A DNA stretch of 64,000 nt from Blasia pusilla (Eukaryota), in assembly GCA_050084515.1 (NCBI GenBank), contig CM114271.1, positions 48,856,001-48,920,000 on the forward strand, given 5' to 3'. The position numbers and the translations under genes were made by a program. The notes beneath the pieces were generated by a model. That model saw only the letters and a program-made list of their open reading frames with translations, did no database searches and was not told where the DNA came from. Below, piece by piece: positions 38,091 to 51,350 of the stretch. The first letter of the stretch is position 1; each line of letters starts with the position of its first letter.

Positions 38091-41000
38091 AAGTAGAGAG
38101 GGGAAGAAAAGGAAACCTGAGAGGGTTGTTGTTTTAGGTACGTATGTTGTCAAAGCAGACAACGGAAGAGAAAGGGTCCTACAACACTCTCTTGGAATAT
38201 TTAAAGCCAAGGTTGGTTTGGGTTTAGGGTTAGGTGAAGGGTCATCCATTGTCTACATTAATGTTAGTTGTTGTTACCACAGATTTAGTGAATTCATACA
38301 AAGTAGCAGATCCTAAATTAAAACCTACCAAGCTGGAACTTCACATTTATTTGTTGTACATAAACTTAAACCATAATCCATTGAAGATCTCTTTGAAATT
38401 ATAGAAAGGGTAGGGGTAACAAAAGAATGGAGGGGAAGAAAACCAAACCTGAGAGAGTAGCTTTAGGGTTTTCACACGACGAGCAGGATTTTGATTCATT
38501 TCCCTTCTTGACTATCATACAACAACAATAATTATAAGAAACTAAAAGAATATGCACTTACAAAGGATATACTTTCTATTAACCAAATCAGGATGTTCTA
38601 AACTCAATACTTGCCAGCTCAAGTCCCTTCAGTTTGCCCATCCAAGTCCCTTGATACCTCCTTATGAGCACCCAAAACATCTACTCCAATCTTTGAAGGG
38701 CCATCCTTGACACCAACAAGATCTGCCATGTAATTTCAGAGGAAAAATTATCAATTTCTAAGAACTGCACCAATGCTTCAAAAGAAACTAACTTGAGAGA
38801 GGACTCTTAGCTTCTTGTTGACTCATAATATGACTCTTAGAAGGACCACATGTATTCTCTTTAGGTCTCTTCTTCTCTAAAAGCTTGTTGATCATATCAA
38901 CAAGCATGGAAAAGGCCTCTTTTTGTTCCTTCTCGTTTTTTTTTCCAACTTCTCCTCAATTAGAGATTGATTGATTGACATCTTCTTCTCCAAGAGGAGT
39001 TGGTTCCTCTCCAATTTTTGCTCAAGATCATCCTTGATGACACCCATATCTGCAGTCTATTTCTTCTCTACCTTTAGAAGTTGAGTGGTTATGCTTAACT
39101 CTGCACTCGTCTGAAAAATAAAATAATATCCATATAGTCAATATGTTCCCTGCAAATATATATATATAGCTCAAATTCGTGGCTATATCAGTCTTTGTAT
39201 GAAGATAAATTAAACACATGCATAAGTCAGATTTAACTCGGATTTATCCTCACTTGGGAACCTCTAGTGTAAAGGCTATCACTCGCTGCTGGTGTTTGCT
39301 CTTCAAGTTCTTTTGTGCTCAAGCCTACTCTCGCACCTCTTTCCTATTAGTAAGATTGCATACAAACCAATGATAGTGAATAAATCAGGTGGTGAAAAGT
39401 CTACAATGTACTTACAAACCTTACAATACACGAGAAATAATTCAGACATAATTATAGCTAAATTACAAGACTCTCCGTTTCGCCTTTGAAAGCGTCCATC
39501 CTTCTCAATGCCTAGGCATCCATCCAATGCATTCTTTTTGATACAGTAGGAATTGAACCTACTTCACAGCCAACTAGGCATATCACTTGGATACTCCAGG
39601 AATTTAACCTGCTTGCTGTGGAATTGGCCCACTCTCAGTAACACCTACATTACTTCTTGTGGTTGATCCACCTCTGCCCTATATATGGAGAAACCCAACA
39701 ATACAATTAGAATCAATAACATTGACAAACATAAACAATCTGAACACCAAAGTGCAGAAATCATAAATATAAAAAAAAAATGAAAGGTAAGGATAACTTA
39801 CAGAAAACCCCTCTAAACAACCCCCCGGTCTGCTATGATTTAAAGTCATAACCTTTGATCTTGCGTTCACCATCTTTTGGGCCTTCAACATACCCTCATC
39901 AGAAAGCCAATAATCTACGAAACGGCCCCATGCATCTTCCTTAGCGTTAAGGTGGCAAGGGACATCAACATGAGCCCCATTGGCCACCCAATATGCTTTC
40001 ATCGTGGGCCGTTCTGTTTTTAATAATTGTGCACATTTCTTCTTCAAAAAGTCCAAACAAAACAATGGTGCCCTAACATATGTGTAGGCACTCTCAATGT
40101 GCTTGCAAACAGTTGCCACACTAATATCCTCTTGCCTACTCATCTCGACACATGATAAGTCGAGATAGCGTAGGGTCCATACCTTTAGGTCATTCAACCA
40201 TGGCTCATAACCGGACACCTTGGTCTTTGATACTCCGGTAGACAACAATTCACATCTAGGTAGTAAGTTTTTGTCCTTACGTTGAGCCACATCACGGTTC
40301 CACAAATCTCTCTTGGTCCTACTTCTCCTCGCACTTGCCCTATCACCTGAACAAATGAAAGGCGCAAGAAAATTAATTTAGACATGCACATGTTACAAAA
40401 GGCAAGAAACAAAAGACCAGATCACTAACCAATTGTACCCAACATTCTTGGTCGACATTAAGACCATCCTTCAAAAGCGGTTACATGTGGACATACCCCC
40501 ACTTTTATTTGTGGATTTGGAGAGAGTAGGGGCCATGAAAGACTGACTGTCACTTTGCTGCGAATGTACACGAGCTCCTCCCAACAAATCCCGATGGCCC
40601 ATCAGAAAATGTTGAGTTAGAACCTTCTCTTGCAATTGGATAAGGGGGCAGAGGGCATGGTGCTCCATCTTGTCCACACATGGAGATGTGAAATAAGAAA
40701 GACCAAATAATCATGAATTAGTCTCTTACAAGAAGTTCACTCTAATATTTATCAAGAATGGCCACAAGAAACCAGGGTTCAAAAATTAGTAACATTTTAG
40801 ATTCTGAGTGAGTATATATCACTCTTACATCCTTCATCAACACTATAGACAAGAAATCAGGACTTCACAATCTGGAAAAACACACACAATCAAGAAAGGA
40901 AAATTGCCACTTTTCGAGTCATCATGAGAAGATCAAGAGTTAAAGAGTTATAATTCCTTAAAAATCGAGAAGTTGATCACAAATACACAATGTGGAAAGA

Positions 41001-42597
41001 AGTTTACACTTGGCCTTTCCCATGGTTGGCCAGAAAAAGCACGATGAATGGGTCCCCATTGCTATTGACTCCCCATCGGAGTCAAAGCTTGTGTATGAGG
41101 ACTCCATCCGGCATGAGATCCACATGGTAGAGATGGTTGGGTATTGCCTATCCAGGGGCGTTCTACAACTCCAGGTTGTGACCAAGATATGCCTCCAAGC
41201 CATTGGCCTTGAGCGGTAATGCGTCCAGCTTACCTCCCACTTTTTCCTGAATCACGTGCCTTATAATTGGCATGGGATTTGTGGAATTCTCTCACTCCAA
41301 TAGCCTGAGCATATGAAAAGAGAAATAAAAGTTAGTGTACTATAATAAATAAACACATAGACTGGAAGAATCATGTATCCCACACAAAATCTTTCTGAAG
41401 ATGGTACACAACATATCATTGTAGTTACCCTTTTGACTTGGGTTGGATGGAATGTCGGCCCAGTATCCTTATTCACAAATGGAGGATCAGGTACATCTTC
41501 CTCCTCATCATTCTGGTATTTTGAATCTTCAGTTGGCATATAATGTGGATCTTTCATTTTATTATCCTTTAGGCTTTCAAGCATTGAAGGACCTATTAAG
41601 CTCTCCAAGACCTTTGATGTTAATCTCCAACTTTGTCGCTTTTCCACTACCTCTGCCACTATTGCTCTACAACATGAGGCTTTCTTGGATGCCTTTGCTA
41701 GTCTCAGCCTTTCCAAACAATGATTTCATCATCAATCATCTATGTAAGATCATGCAAGTCTCATTTTCTACGAATAAGGAAACTACATGCAAGAAGGAAT
41801 GGAAAACCATGCAATATTATTGCAATTCACATCTCATGCAAGGTAGTGCACTACTTATTATGGGGGAATAGCACCAAGAATTTATGCTGCTCTTCTTTTG
41901 TTTTCCCTTATCTTCCGTGCCCGTTCTTGTTCAATTGAGAGTAGATCATGAAGGTCCTTATCCAGTAGGTCTGGACTCTCAAATCCATCACCAACATCGA
42001 AGCTCTCCAAGTTTGAAGAGTTGGTGGGCGTATAAGGATGTCTAAAGTTGTCATTATCTTGACCATCTAGCTCCATTGTAATGTGCAGAGGTGATGTTTC
42101 TCTCTCGTAAGTCATTGCCTCTCTTTCAAAACCCTTAGATGTTTCTTGCCCTTTTATACTCAAATCAGAAGCAACCACATTTTTGCTGAGATCTACCCTC
42201 TCCATGGCTGCACTCAGATCTGAAAGGTGCCCTATAGAATCTGGTCTACACACACTTGATATATTACTACCTTCTCTGACTATAGATGCAGTGGAAATCC
42301 TACTTTGCTTCTCGTAGTTCTTTTCTTGGCCCTAGTCAAGTTCCCTTGTCTGCCCTATCTTATCCTCTTGTTCATGAGAATTTGCACATTTCCTTTCACC
42401 ACAAGAAACAATACTTTGATTACCATTGATATTATCCTCTCTAGGACATTCTCTACATCATTGGCCTCTGGAACGTCCTCACGACTGGCGTTCAGCTCTT
42501 CGGGAGTCTCCGTCTCCTCTATAGCTTCACGGTCCGGCATTGGTTCCTCTCTTGGTTCACGTCGCTTCTTGGGTTGTTCTCCCTCGATGAGTTCCTA

Positions 42598-43484
42598 AAC
42601 CCAAACACGCACTCTCATTAGTCGAGTTTGGCCAACCGGCGTTCCAACCCACCGAGTCCTCAACTCGGCGTCTCATCAAACTCAACCTTCCTTAGTTCCT
42701 AGCTTCCAACACATGGCAAGTCCTTCAAGACTTGGAACAGACGTCCTGGTTAGTCCAGGGATCTGAAACGGCTCTTGCGCGCCTAGCGATCCCAACTGTT
42801 CAACGGTCCTCGGGTGAGTTCCGAACCGAGACCCAAGTAATCGAGTCGCGGTGTGAAATCCAAGATGGATGTCTAAAATCACCTCAATGGACTTGGTGCA
42901 GGTTTTCCAACCCAACGCCCAAACTCGCGTTCCGTTCCATGCCCTTGAGCCGCCCCGCGGCGCCCAAAGTGGGGTTTGGGTTCCAAGCACTCTCGGAGAC
43001 CTTCCCCCTTACTAGTACTTCTGGGGTTCTCTAATAACCCCTCCCCTTTGGGAAAAGAGGGTCGAGCCCTTCATTGTGGCCCTCAACCCGACTCCACTTA
43101 TAGTCGTTTTCGGGTCGTATCTCGGCCGCTGCTTATGCGTTTGCAGCGATCTTTAGTGCGTTTGGACCGGCTCTCCATAAGCTTTCCAACGCACCCTTAT
43201 TTGCTCCAAACACATCTTGGAGCTAAAAGTTATGGCCATAAATACAGTCGGAAACTTTCAAACGCTAGTGGCATTCCAAATCCGGATCTTCCCTTTGGCA
43301 ACCCACTTCCTAGACTCGACTTCTTTCAAGTCTGCGACCATAACACCTGAAACGCGACTCCTCGTTCGCGTCTCGTCTCTTGTCTCCTCTTTGAGACAAC
43401 TCCAACGCGCAAACCATCTTAGCGTGAGCCCGCTAATGTTCCGATGTTCCGCTTGGCACTTGTTTGGTCATGAGGGTCGCGACA
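42598..43484 (-). repeat. Second, 3'-truncated copy of the same LTR
   Basis: Aligns collinearly with ~43777-44689 and has the same TGTCGCGACCCTC start. Confidence 0.88.
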
Positions 43485-43689
43485 CTTGGTTCACGCCGCT
43501 TGATTGGGCGCTTCTTGGGTTGTTCTTCCTCGATCGCCATTTTCAAGCCAACTCACTCAGATCTCCTCCTCGTTTCTTGCGTCCCTCCTCGAGCATCTGA
43601 GTCTAGCCGCTACCTTGAGTTTTCCCAAGCGTCCGGTTGATCCCACGACCCCAAGTTCTCGCTCACCAAGGATTAGCTCTGATACCACT

Positions 43690-44689
43690 TGTCGCGCCCC
43701 TACTCTCCTTGAACGTCAATCTTTAGTGTTGCGGAAGCGTACGTTCAGTAGGACACGATCTCATCACCGATCTACACCCAAACACGTATTCTCGTTAGTC
43801 GGGTCCGGGCCAACCAGAGTTCCAACCCACCGAGTTCTCAACTCGGCGTCTCATCAAGCTCACCCTTCCTTAATTCCTAGTTTCCAAAACATGGCAAGTC
43901 CTTCAAGACTTGGAATAGACTTCCTGATTAGTCCAGGAACATAAAACGGCGCTTGCGCGCCTAGCGATCCCAACTGTTCAACGGACCTCGTGCAAGTTCC
44001 AAATCGAGATCCAAGTAATTGAGTCGCGGGATGAAATCCAAGAGGGATGTCTAAAATCGCCTCCGTAGACTTGGTTCAAGTTTTCCAACCCAACCCCAAA
44101 CTCTCGATCCGTTCCATGCCCTTGAGCCGCCCCATAGCGCCCAAAGTAGGGGTTCGAGTTCCAAGCACTCTCGGAGACCTTCCCCCTTACTAGTACTTCT
44201 AGGGTTCTCCAATAACCCCCTTTGGAAAAATAGGGTCGGGCCCTTCATTTGTGGCCCTCAACCCGACTCTACTTACAGTCGTTTCTGAGTTGTTTCTCAG
44301 CCGCTGCTTATGCGTTTGCAGAGATCTTTAGTGCGTTTGAACTGGATTTCCATAAGCCTTCCAACGCACTCTTGTTTAATCCAAACGCATCTTGGTGCTA
44401 AAAGTTATGGTTATAAATATAGTCGGAAACTCTCAAACGCTAGTGGCGTTCCAAATCCGGATTCTTCCTTTGGCAACCCACTTTCTAGACTTGACTCCTT
44501 TCAAGTCTTATTCCGCGTTTGGTCCAGGTTTCTCGGTCGCGACCACAACATCTGAAATGCGAAGCCTCGCTTGCGTCTCGTCTCTTGTCTCTTCTTCGAG
44601 ACTACTCCAACGCGCAAACCATCTTAGCGTGAGCCCGCTAATGTTCCGATGTTCCGCTTGGCACTCGTTTGGTCATGAGGGTCGCGACA
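43690..44689 (-). repeat. Complete ~1.0-kb LTR followed by an iMet PBS
   Basis: Minus strand starts TGTCGCG and ends CGCGACA. It is followed by AG-TGGTATCAGAGCT (43675-43687) and a Gag start MAIEEEQPKKRPIKRREP (~43540-43486). Confidence 0.9.
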
Positions 44690-45710
44690 GCAAGGGCCCC
44701 CATCTCTCATCAATAAGATCATCATACACCACGAAACAATACACACATGTCTCACTCTTGTTTTTGTGACGTCTCCACTTTAGGGCCCAAGCTTGATGAT
44801 TCAGCCCATTAAGAAGTTCCCCACTTGCATCAGGTAGGCCTTCAAAAGCAAGAATAGCCTCAAGGTCTGATCGAGTTCCCCCCTTACCACCTATTGTACT
44901 ACCTTGGAGGGCATATGAATGGCCCTCCATTCTGAAAGGTTTTGTTGAAAAATGTTGTTAAGGAGTTGAATAAGGAGAGTTATCATGCATCATTGACAAA
45001 TGCAACATCTCACACAAAGGTTAAACCAGAACCATGACTTTTGACTCACTTCTCAAAGCAAACCGCACATATGTCAAATATTGTATCAAAAGGAAAATTA
45101 AATCTCTACATCCTCTTCGGAGCTCTCTTCTTCAGAAAGCACTTATGTGGACATGTGGATGATAGGGACATTATTACAATCTCTATTTGCTATCACCACC
45201 TCTTCAGCTGTGAGCTCTACGGCACCTAGAGTGTTAGCTAGTGGCACTCTTCTTGATGGCATTTCAATCTAATCAATTGCAACAGAATGTCCTTCATCTA
45301 GGTTTCCACCATCATAGATATCCAAAAGTACTTGACGGGATCTAGCTTCTTTTCTCAAAACAACCTTCTATCCATTTCCTTTGTTCGCATCTCCAAAGAA
45401 GACTTGTTCCACTTGAGGTGGGAACACAAAGGGTTGATGGTTGATAGGTTTACAAGATCTAAGGTTTACAAGTAGGAAGCCTTTACGGTCTCGCTTCATG
45501 GATGGCATACGTGATTTCCAATCTGCCCTCACCTACCTCCCTCTAATTAATATTATAGATTGATCAACAATCCTATAATCAAGCGCAATTATATTGACCG
45601 GAACTCCCACATTTCAAATCTACTGAATATGTTGAACAATTCTAGTGTTACGAGCTTAGCAATATCAGCATATGCTCTTGCTCTGCGTGTTGTGAATTTG
45701 AGGGATTGGG

Positions 45711-45712
<2 letters not shown>

Positions 45713-45806
<94 letters not shown>

Positions 45807-45822
45807 AAGAAAGAAAGAAAGA
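45713..45822 (+). repeat. (GA)n microsatellite followed by (GAAA)n
   Basis: Directly visible in the sequence. Confidence 0.98.
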
Positions 45823-46513
45823 AGAATGCTTACCTGATCATTAGTAGTTGTGTCACCTTCGAGGACTCAGTTGATATCACTCTTCAATTTTTTGTGCGTT
45901 GATACCCTTGCTTCCTATCTCACTTCCCTCTACTCTCTCTCTTCGCCTTGTTGCACCTTCGCCTCCGCCTTGCTCTCTTCACCTTCGCATTCTGTCTCAT
46001 AAGTCTGTTACGCCCTAGCTTCCCTGATCCTCGTAACAAGTTCGGCCCCTCTTGCTCATACTCCCTCGCTCATTTTCCCCCCAATCGGTAGCTCCTTCTT
46101 TGCTCGTGCACCATGAGCGTGCCATGTCATCTGCCACGTAAGTATGTGAAATTTTGGAAGCCCCATTAATTTTGGTCAATTTTTTTCATCTAAGTGTTAG
46201 TGTACCTTATTTCTATTTAGTTTATGACTTGACATGTTTAGTCATTTTTCATTCCTTACACAAGTGAGTCATATAAATTTTTAGTATGACTATACACAAG
46301 ACTGACTACTTGTTGAGTCATTTCAAATATGACTATACCATATCATAAGATTTCTCTATGACTTAGTCATATTTGTATATGACTACAACTTTACTATTAT
46401 ATGGTATGATATGACTTCTATTTGACTGGAAAACATTCTAGTCATATATTTGAGTCATGAAGAACCTCAGTCATTCTAGTACTAGTCATAAAACCCACTA
46501 TGTTCTTCTAGTG

Positions 46514-46655
46514 AGCTTAAATTCCAACCCAGTAAATATCAAGTATGGTCTCCTTCATATCTTCCAACAATCTTCACCCCATCTACTCTTACCATCTACA
46601 TCAAAGGAGTTTGGGTTTTTGGGGTCCTAATTGGCTTCATTGACTATAGCTCCAA
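46514..46655 (+). pseudogene. Non-LTR RT remnant, right part, resuming after the CACTA insertion
   Basis: LKFQPSKYQVWSP (L-x-x-N-x-x-K type motif) and GVWVFGVLIG (the 'LG.P.G' motif) are the segments expected to follow the left part. Confidence 0.65.
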
Positions 46656-48530
46656 TGTCGTGCGTATACAAATCGCTCCGCAATCTACATCGTTGGTCAC
46701 ATTTACATACCACACAACATTGATCTTCCCAACACACTGGTCAATCCACTCATAAACAAAATATACTCACGCATGTACATCGAGACCACAAAAAATAAGA
46801 GTAGAAACGACTCACACGGCCAACTTCACTCTCCAATCAACATCGGCATATTAAGCCACATCCAACCTGTGCTATAAGGGAATCCAGACGCTAGCACCCT
46901 AGTTCCTAATACACACAAAGCAAGAGGGGTGCTCCTAAGGCCCAACATGAGAAATATGGCTTGGGAAAGCCATCTCTCCTTCTCTTATAGCCTTGGGAAG
47001 AGCCAAAAGGCTCTTCCCTCCAAAATAGCCTTCAAACGTTAACCTGTGTGCCCAAGTTATCGGGTGATCATTGACTCGGTCAACAGGTCACTTGATTGAT
47101 AAAGATCAAAATAGGAAAATCGTCAGAAGAAATATTCCTGATGCAACAGACCTATTGCCAACCTCATCCAACATCTTAGGACGAAGTTTTACCCAAAGAA
47201 CACGTTCGTCGATGTAGTAGAACTATACCTATCGGCTAACTAAGATGTGACATCTCTCATGCGCATACACATCGTTGATCACATCTACACACTAGAGAAC
47301 ATCAATCTTCCCAACACATGGGTCGATCCACTAGCTCATAAACAAAATATACTCATACATATACATTGAGACCACACAACCGCCCCCCTAACTGGCAATA
47401 TGGTCCCCATGACTCCATATAATAGATATCATATCTACCTAACATGATCTACTACTCTATACATGTCTAGCATCATCGATTTTGTCATCCTAGCAATATC
47501 TCCCAACACATGCTCGTCTGCAGATCCATCTTGTCTCTTTCCACCAAGGGATATCGATGCATCTATGTGTCATCATGCAAGAGTGCAGCTAAGAGGTCTA
47601 ACACTCTCACACCCTCCTCCAAGCTCTGCCACACAATAAGTATATATATAATATTCAAAGACCAAGTCTCCAAGAGCACGATCGCCACCTGATTCTATTT
47701 GCTTCAATACATAAGCACGACTCCACATTGGCCTCACAAGCTCGTCTGCAATCCTCAAGAAATCAACATCCGTACGTAACAACGATTAAGAGGTCTCTGC
47801 ACCGTGGGAAGAGACACCCACCCTGACATGTCTCTCCGTGGGACTATCCGCTATGGGGATGTCCTCTACATGTGTGCTCCCCTCCAAAAACTCCCTTACC
47901 AACTACTCACTACTCGTAGATGCTGCCAACATGGTTATGACATCACCTCGTAGACCATCACTACGCCTTGGAAATCACACAGGTAAATGGATCACCTATC
48001 CATCATCTAATCGTCATCTTGGCCGATAAAAAATGGTCTCCTCCTAGAAATCAAGTATGAAACCAAGAAGATATATCAACGTACTCCCTACCAACACATC
48101 ATCTGGCTTTGTCGGTGTTGTAATCGTCCAAGTGCGCACTATCGCACTATCTGAATCATATTCAGGCTGGGGTCTAACAATGAACTCCTGTTGAGTCATG
48201 TACTGCTTGGGTGACACGTCCCAAGAGAGGTCTATATCTGAAAGGAACAAGGCTCAATGTCTCCTTTTTGTAACTCCAATGCCAAACACATTTCCTTCCC
48301 TAACATCAAGGGTCGAGCATATGAATCAAGTAGAACACACTGCGTGTGGTACACCGCACATGTGGGACTAACCAAGCAAAAAGCTCCATCTGGGTTGTCT
48401 AACAATTCCATACCCGGTGTTACCATGGCTTGCTCTATGACTAGTTGAGATGGCATATCCACCAACTTCATCGCCGTAGCTTAGCATGACTGAGTGGGGG
48501 ACGTCTTGAGCACCAACCTTGAGTTTCACT
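46656..48530 (-). mobile_element. Internally deleted second member of the MTase-Gypsy family (protease, MTase start, PPT, LTR 46656-47378)
   Basis: CVLLDSYARPLMLG (ORF 48232-48471) aligns with the protease at 10500-10740. IVWQSLEEGVRVLDLLAALLH (47638-47575) aligns with the MTase start. PPT TAAGGGGGCG at 47381-47390; LTR TGTGTGG...ACGACA. Confidence 0.85.
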
Positions 48531-48599
48531 ATCCACTTTATATCCAATTTTGCCTAAATTTTTTTAAATTTTTTTTTCTCCAAGTATTATAACTTATAA

Positions 48600-49784
48600 T
48601 TTATCTCCCGATGTCATTTGTAATTTATCAGCCAATAGTGATGAAGTGGGCTTAATCCGTGATGTGATGCTCATTATATGGCTCATTTTCATGTATTCGA
48701 GACTATGAATCACACTTTATGAGATATTATAGGAGTGGTCTTTGATGATCTACAACAAATACCATTTGGTGGAAAACTTGTGATATTTGGTGGTGACTTT
48801 GTCAAGTGTTGCCTGTTGTTCATCATAGGGATTGATCGCAACCTGTCCAAGCCATTATGAAGAGGTCATCTCTTTAGTCTAGTGTAAGGTTGGAAGGTCA
48901 TTTTTGTATTGAACAAGAAGGTTGTGCTTCATTGGTTATTAGAAGTGGGAGAGGATCATGGACCTTTGCATCTTTATGTGGGAGAAGAATTAAAAAAATT
49001 ACCATTTGGAACTGTCACTGATAGTAACAAGATATGGGATCTTATTGATTCGATCTATGACAATTCTCTTAGCTGATTCCATGATATTCATTTCTTGAGA
49101 GATATGTTTATTTTGACATTGAGAAATATGAATGTTGACAAAATAAATGGAGATATCGAGATATCATGTCTCGATTTCTTGGATAGGTTATCTTTTTAAA
49201 TTACATATTTTCTTAGTAATGATTTTATTGGGAATTTTACATAGTAATATTACTTCTTCTCACCAATTCAATACATATTTTGTACTAGAATATACGTATC
49301 TCAACCTCAATTCTATTCTAAATGAGGGGATGAGTCATATCTATCCAATCATGCTCTTACGAAACATAAATGGGTCACATGGATAAGAAAATGAGACTAG
49401 ATTTGTGATTCATGGATTTATGCAACATTGCATGTATGCTACAATATTACATAAATCATCATATGGAAGAATATTGGAGATCATGTTTTTCTTCCACGTA
49501 TTCCGTTGATTGCATATGACTTTGGTTTGCCATTTGATTTACCTCAGTTTTAATTCCCTAATCGGCATATTCTTGCTATGACTATTAATAAGTCTCAACG
49601 TCAAACTTTGCAAAAGGTTGATATTTACATGCATATTCTCGTATTTTATCATGGTCAATTGTGCATAGCATTATCTAGAGTTGGGAAGAAAAATTCCAGC
49701 CATATTACCATTGGAAGTAATGAATATTCAAATAAGGAAGGTGACTATACTCAAAATGTAATGTATAAAGAAATACTTGGATGA
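48600..49784 (+). pseudogene. Helitron PIF1-like helicase remnant
   Basis: IPFGGKLVIFGGDF then QVLPVV (~48760-48820), PIMLLRNIN (~49345), AMTINKSQRQTL and HGQLCIALSRV (ORF 49578-49784), ending NVMYKEIL. Confidence 0.9.
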
Positions 49785-49876
49785 AATTAAATTTGTAAAG
49801 ATTGCACCGGATGACGCATTTAGGGTTTAAAGCAAGATCCGGATTAAGATCTTTACTAGTACTATTTTATCCTCAC

Positions 49877-51350
49877 TAGTTAGCATGCACGTGCTTGCTT
49901 ACGAAAATGACTTTTTCAAAACTTAGAAACATTTTTTCATTTCAAAATTTAAGTATAATTTCCACTTTCTTAAGTCTTAAAAGATTAATAATATTTAAAT
50001 TTTTAAAATAATTATACTCTTCCATCAAAATTGAAATAATACCCGATTCCCCTAAATAATTTCACCTCTCCATAATTTTTTAACAATAATTACTCTTCTC
50101 ACGAAAATAACATCCATGAACTAAATCATTAGTTAATTTTAATTAATGAAAGCATTTCCATTTTCCATTCAAATTCATTTTCCTTTCCCAAAATATCAAA
50201 TAAGAATTAACAAGATAATTTATGAAATTTTTAAAAGAGAGCTTACATTCCACTCATTAATTAAAATTTAAATAATACCCAACTCCTCTAACATCTACAT
50301 CTTTCCATAAAATTTTAAAAAGTCTAGTCTTCTCCCTCTATTCCTCCTATCAAAGTACCACTCATTAATCAATAATTAATTTTAATTAATAAAATTATTT
50401 TTATTAAAAATAAAATTCCCTTCACATCAAGTATGAATTACAGGAATTTTTTAAGCTTGTTGCTATTTTTTTGGTGATATCTTATTTTACATATAGGATG
50501 GCCCATCGTAATATAAATTAATTAAATAATTAATTGATAAAAATTTACCTCTATTTAAATTTATGTTTTTTCGAGAAAATTTGAATTAAAGGGAAAATTT
50601 AAAAACTTTCTATTATTTTATCTTACTAGTTACATTCCTCAACATGCGCATAAAACTTATTTTTTAATTATTTAAAAGTATTATTTCAAAATGTAAGTAT
50701 AGTTTCCACTTTCTTAAATCTTAAAAGAGTAAAATTGTTTCACTTTTAAGATAATTATAATTTTCAATAAAAATAAAAAATAAACCAAACTCACCTAAAT
50801 AATTTTGCTCTCCATAAAAGTTTAAAGAATAACTACTCTTCCCACCAAAATAAGTTAAATAACATCCACTAACTAAATTATTAATTATTTAAATTTATAA
50901 AATTATTTCCCTTTTCGTCATTCATACGAATTTTCCTTTCCCAAAATATCAAACATGAATTATCGTGATTATCTTTTAAAATATTCTTATTTTTCATTTC
51001 AAAATTTAAATAGATCTTCTAATTTCTTAAATCCTAGAATAGTTATAATTAATAACATAGAGGCTACTCTTCTAAATAATTTCACTTCTGAATTAAAATT
51101 TAAATGATACCTCACTCCCATGAATAATTCCACCATTCCATACAATTTTAAAAATATAGACTCCTTCTCCATTAATATTTATTTTCCCTTCCTATCAAAT
51201 ATGAATTAAATAAAAAAATCGATATTTTTTAATTATCCCAATATTTTGTTTCATTGGACATTTAAGATTATCCATTAAAGTGTAATTTAATTTAATTATT
51301 TATTAATAAAAGTATTTTCCTCTTCTAGTTAAATTTAATTTTCTACTCAT
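49877..51350 (-). repeat. AT-rich diverged tandem units, probably non-autonomous Helitron-like
   Basis: ATTTCAAAATTTAAGTATAATTTCCACTTTCTTAAGTCTTAAAAGA-like blocks at ~49938, ~50682 and ~50996. The first two units begin ACTAGTTA; the first reads ...AAGCACGTGCATGCTAACTAG|T on the minus strand. Confidence 0.6.

Larger units (their letters stand above)
35824..46513 (-). mobile_element. CACTA (En/Spm) DNA transposon, defective
   Basis: Right end reads CACTAGAAGAACA on the minus strand (46501-46513); the left end keeps only AGAACA. Dense ATGACT/AGTCAT subterminal repeats at 35840-36660 and 46220-46490. Minus-strand remnants: Tnp2 C-terminal DUF4216-like DRKGFLLVNL...QPFVFPPQVEQVFF (45350-45530), Ptta-like WGRFVDYWLSDEG...VNARSKV (ORF 39679-40305), TNP1-like TLGNALGGLVLWP (37069-37300). 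Confidence 0.88.

Noticed and set aside
37778-38410. CRISPR-like repeat array
   Set aside because: The units are ~90-bp tandem repeats without regular unique spacers, inside a eukaryotic CACTA element, with no cas genes.
45560-45844. 94-aa ER-rich ORF
   Set aside because: It is a translation of the (GA)n microsatellite.
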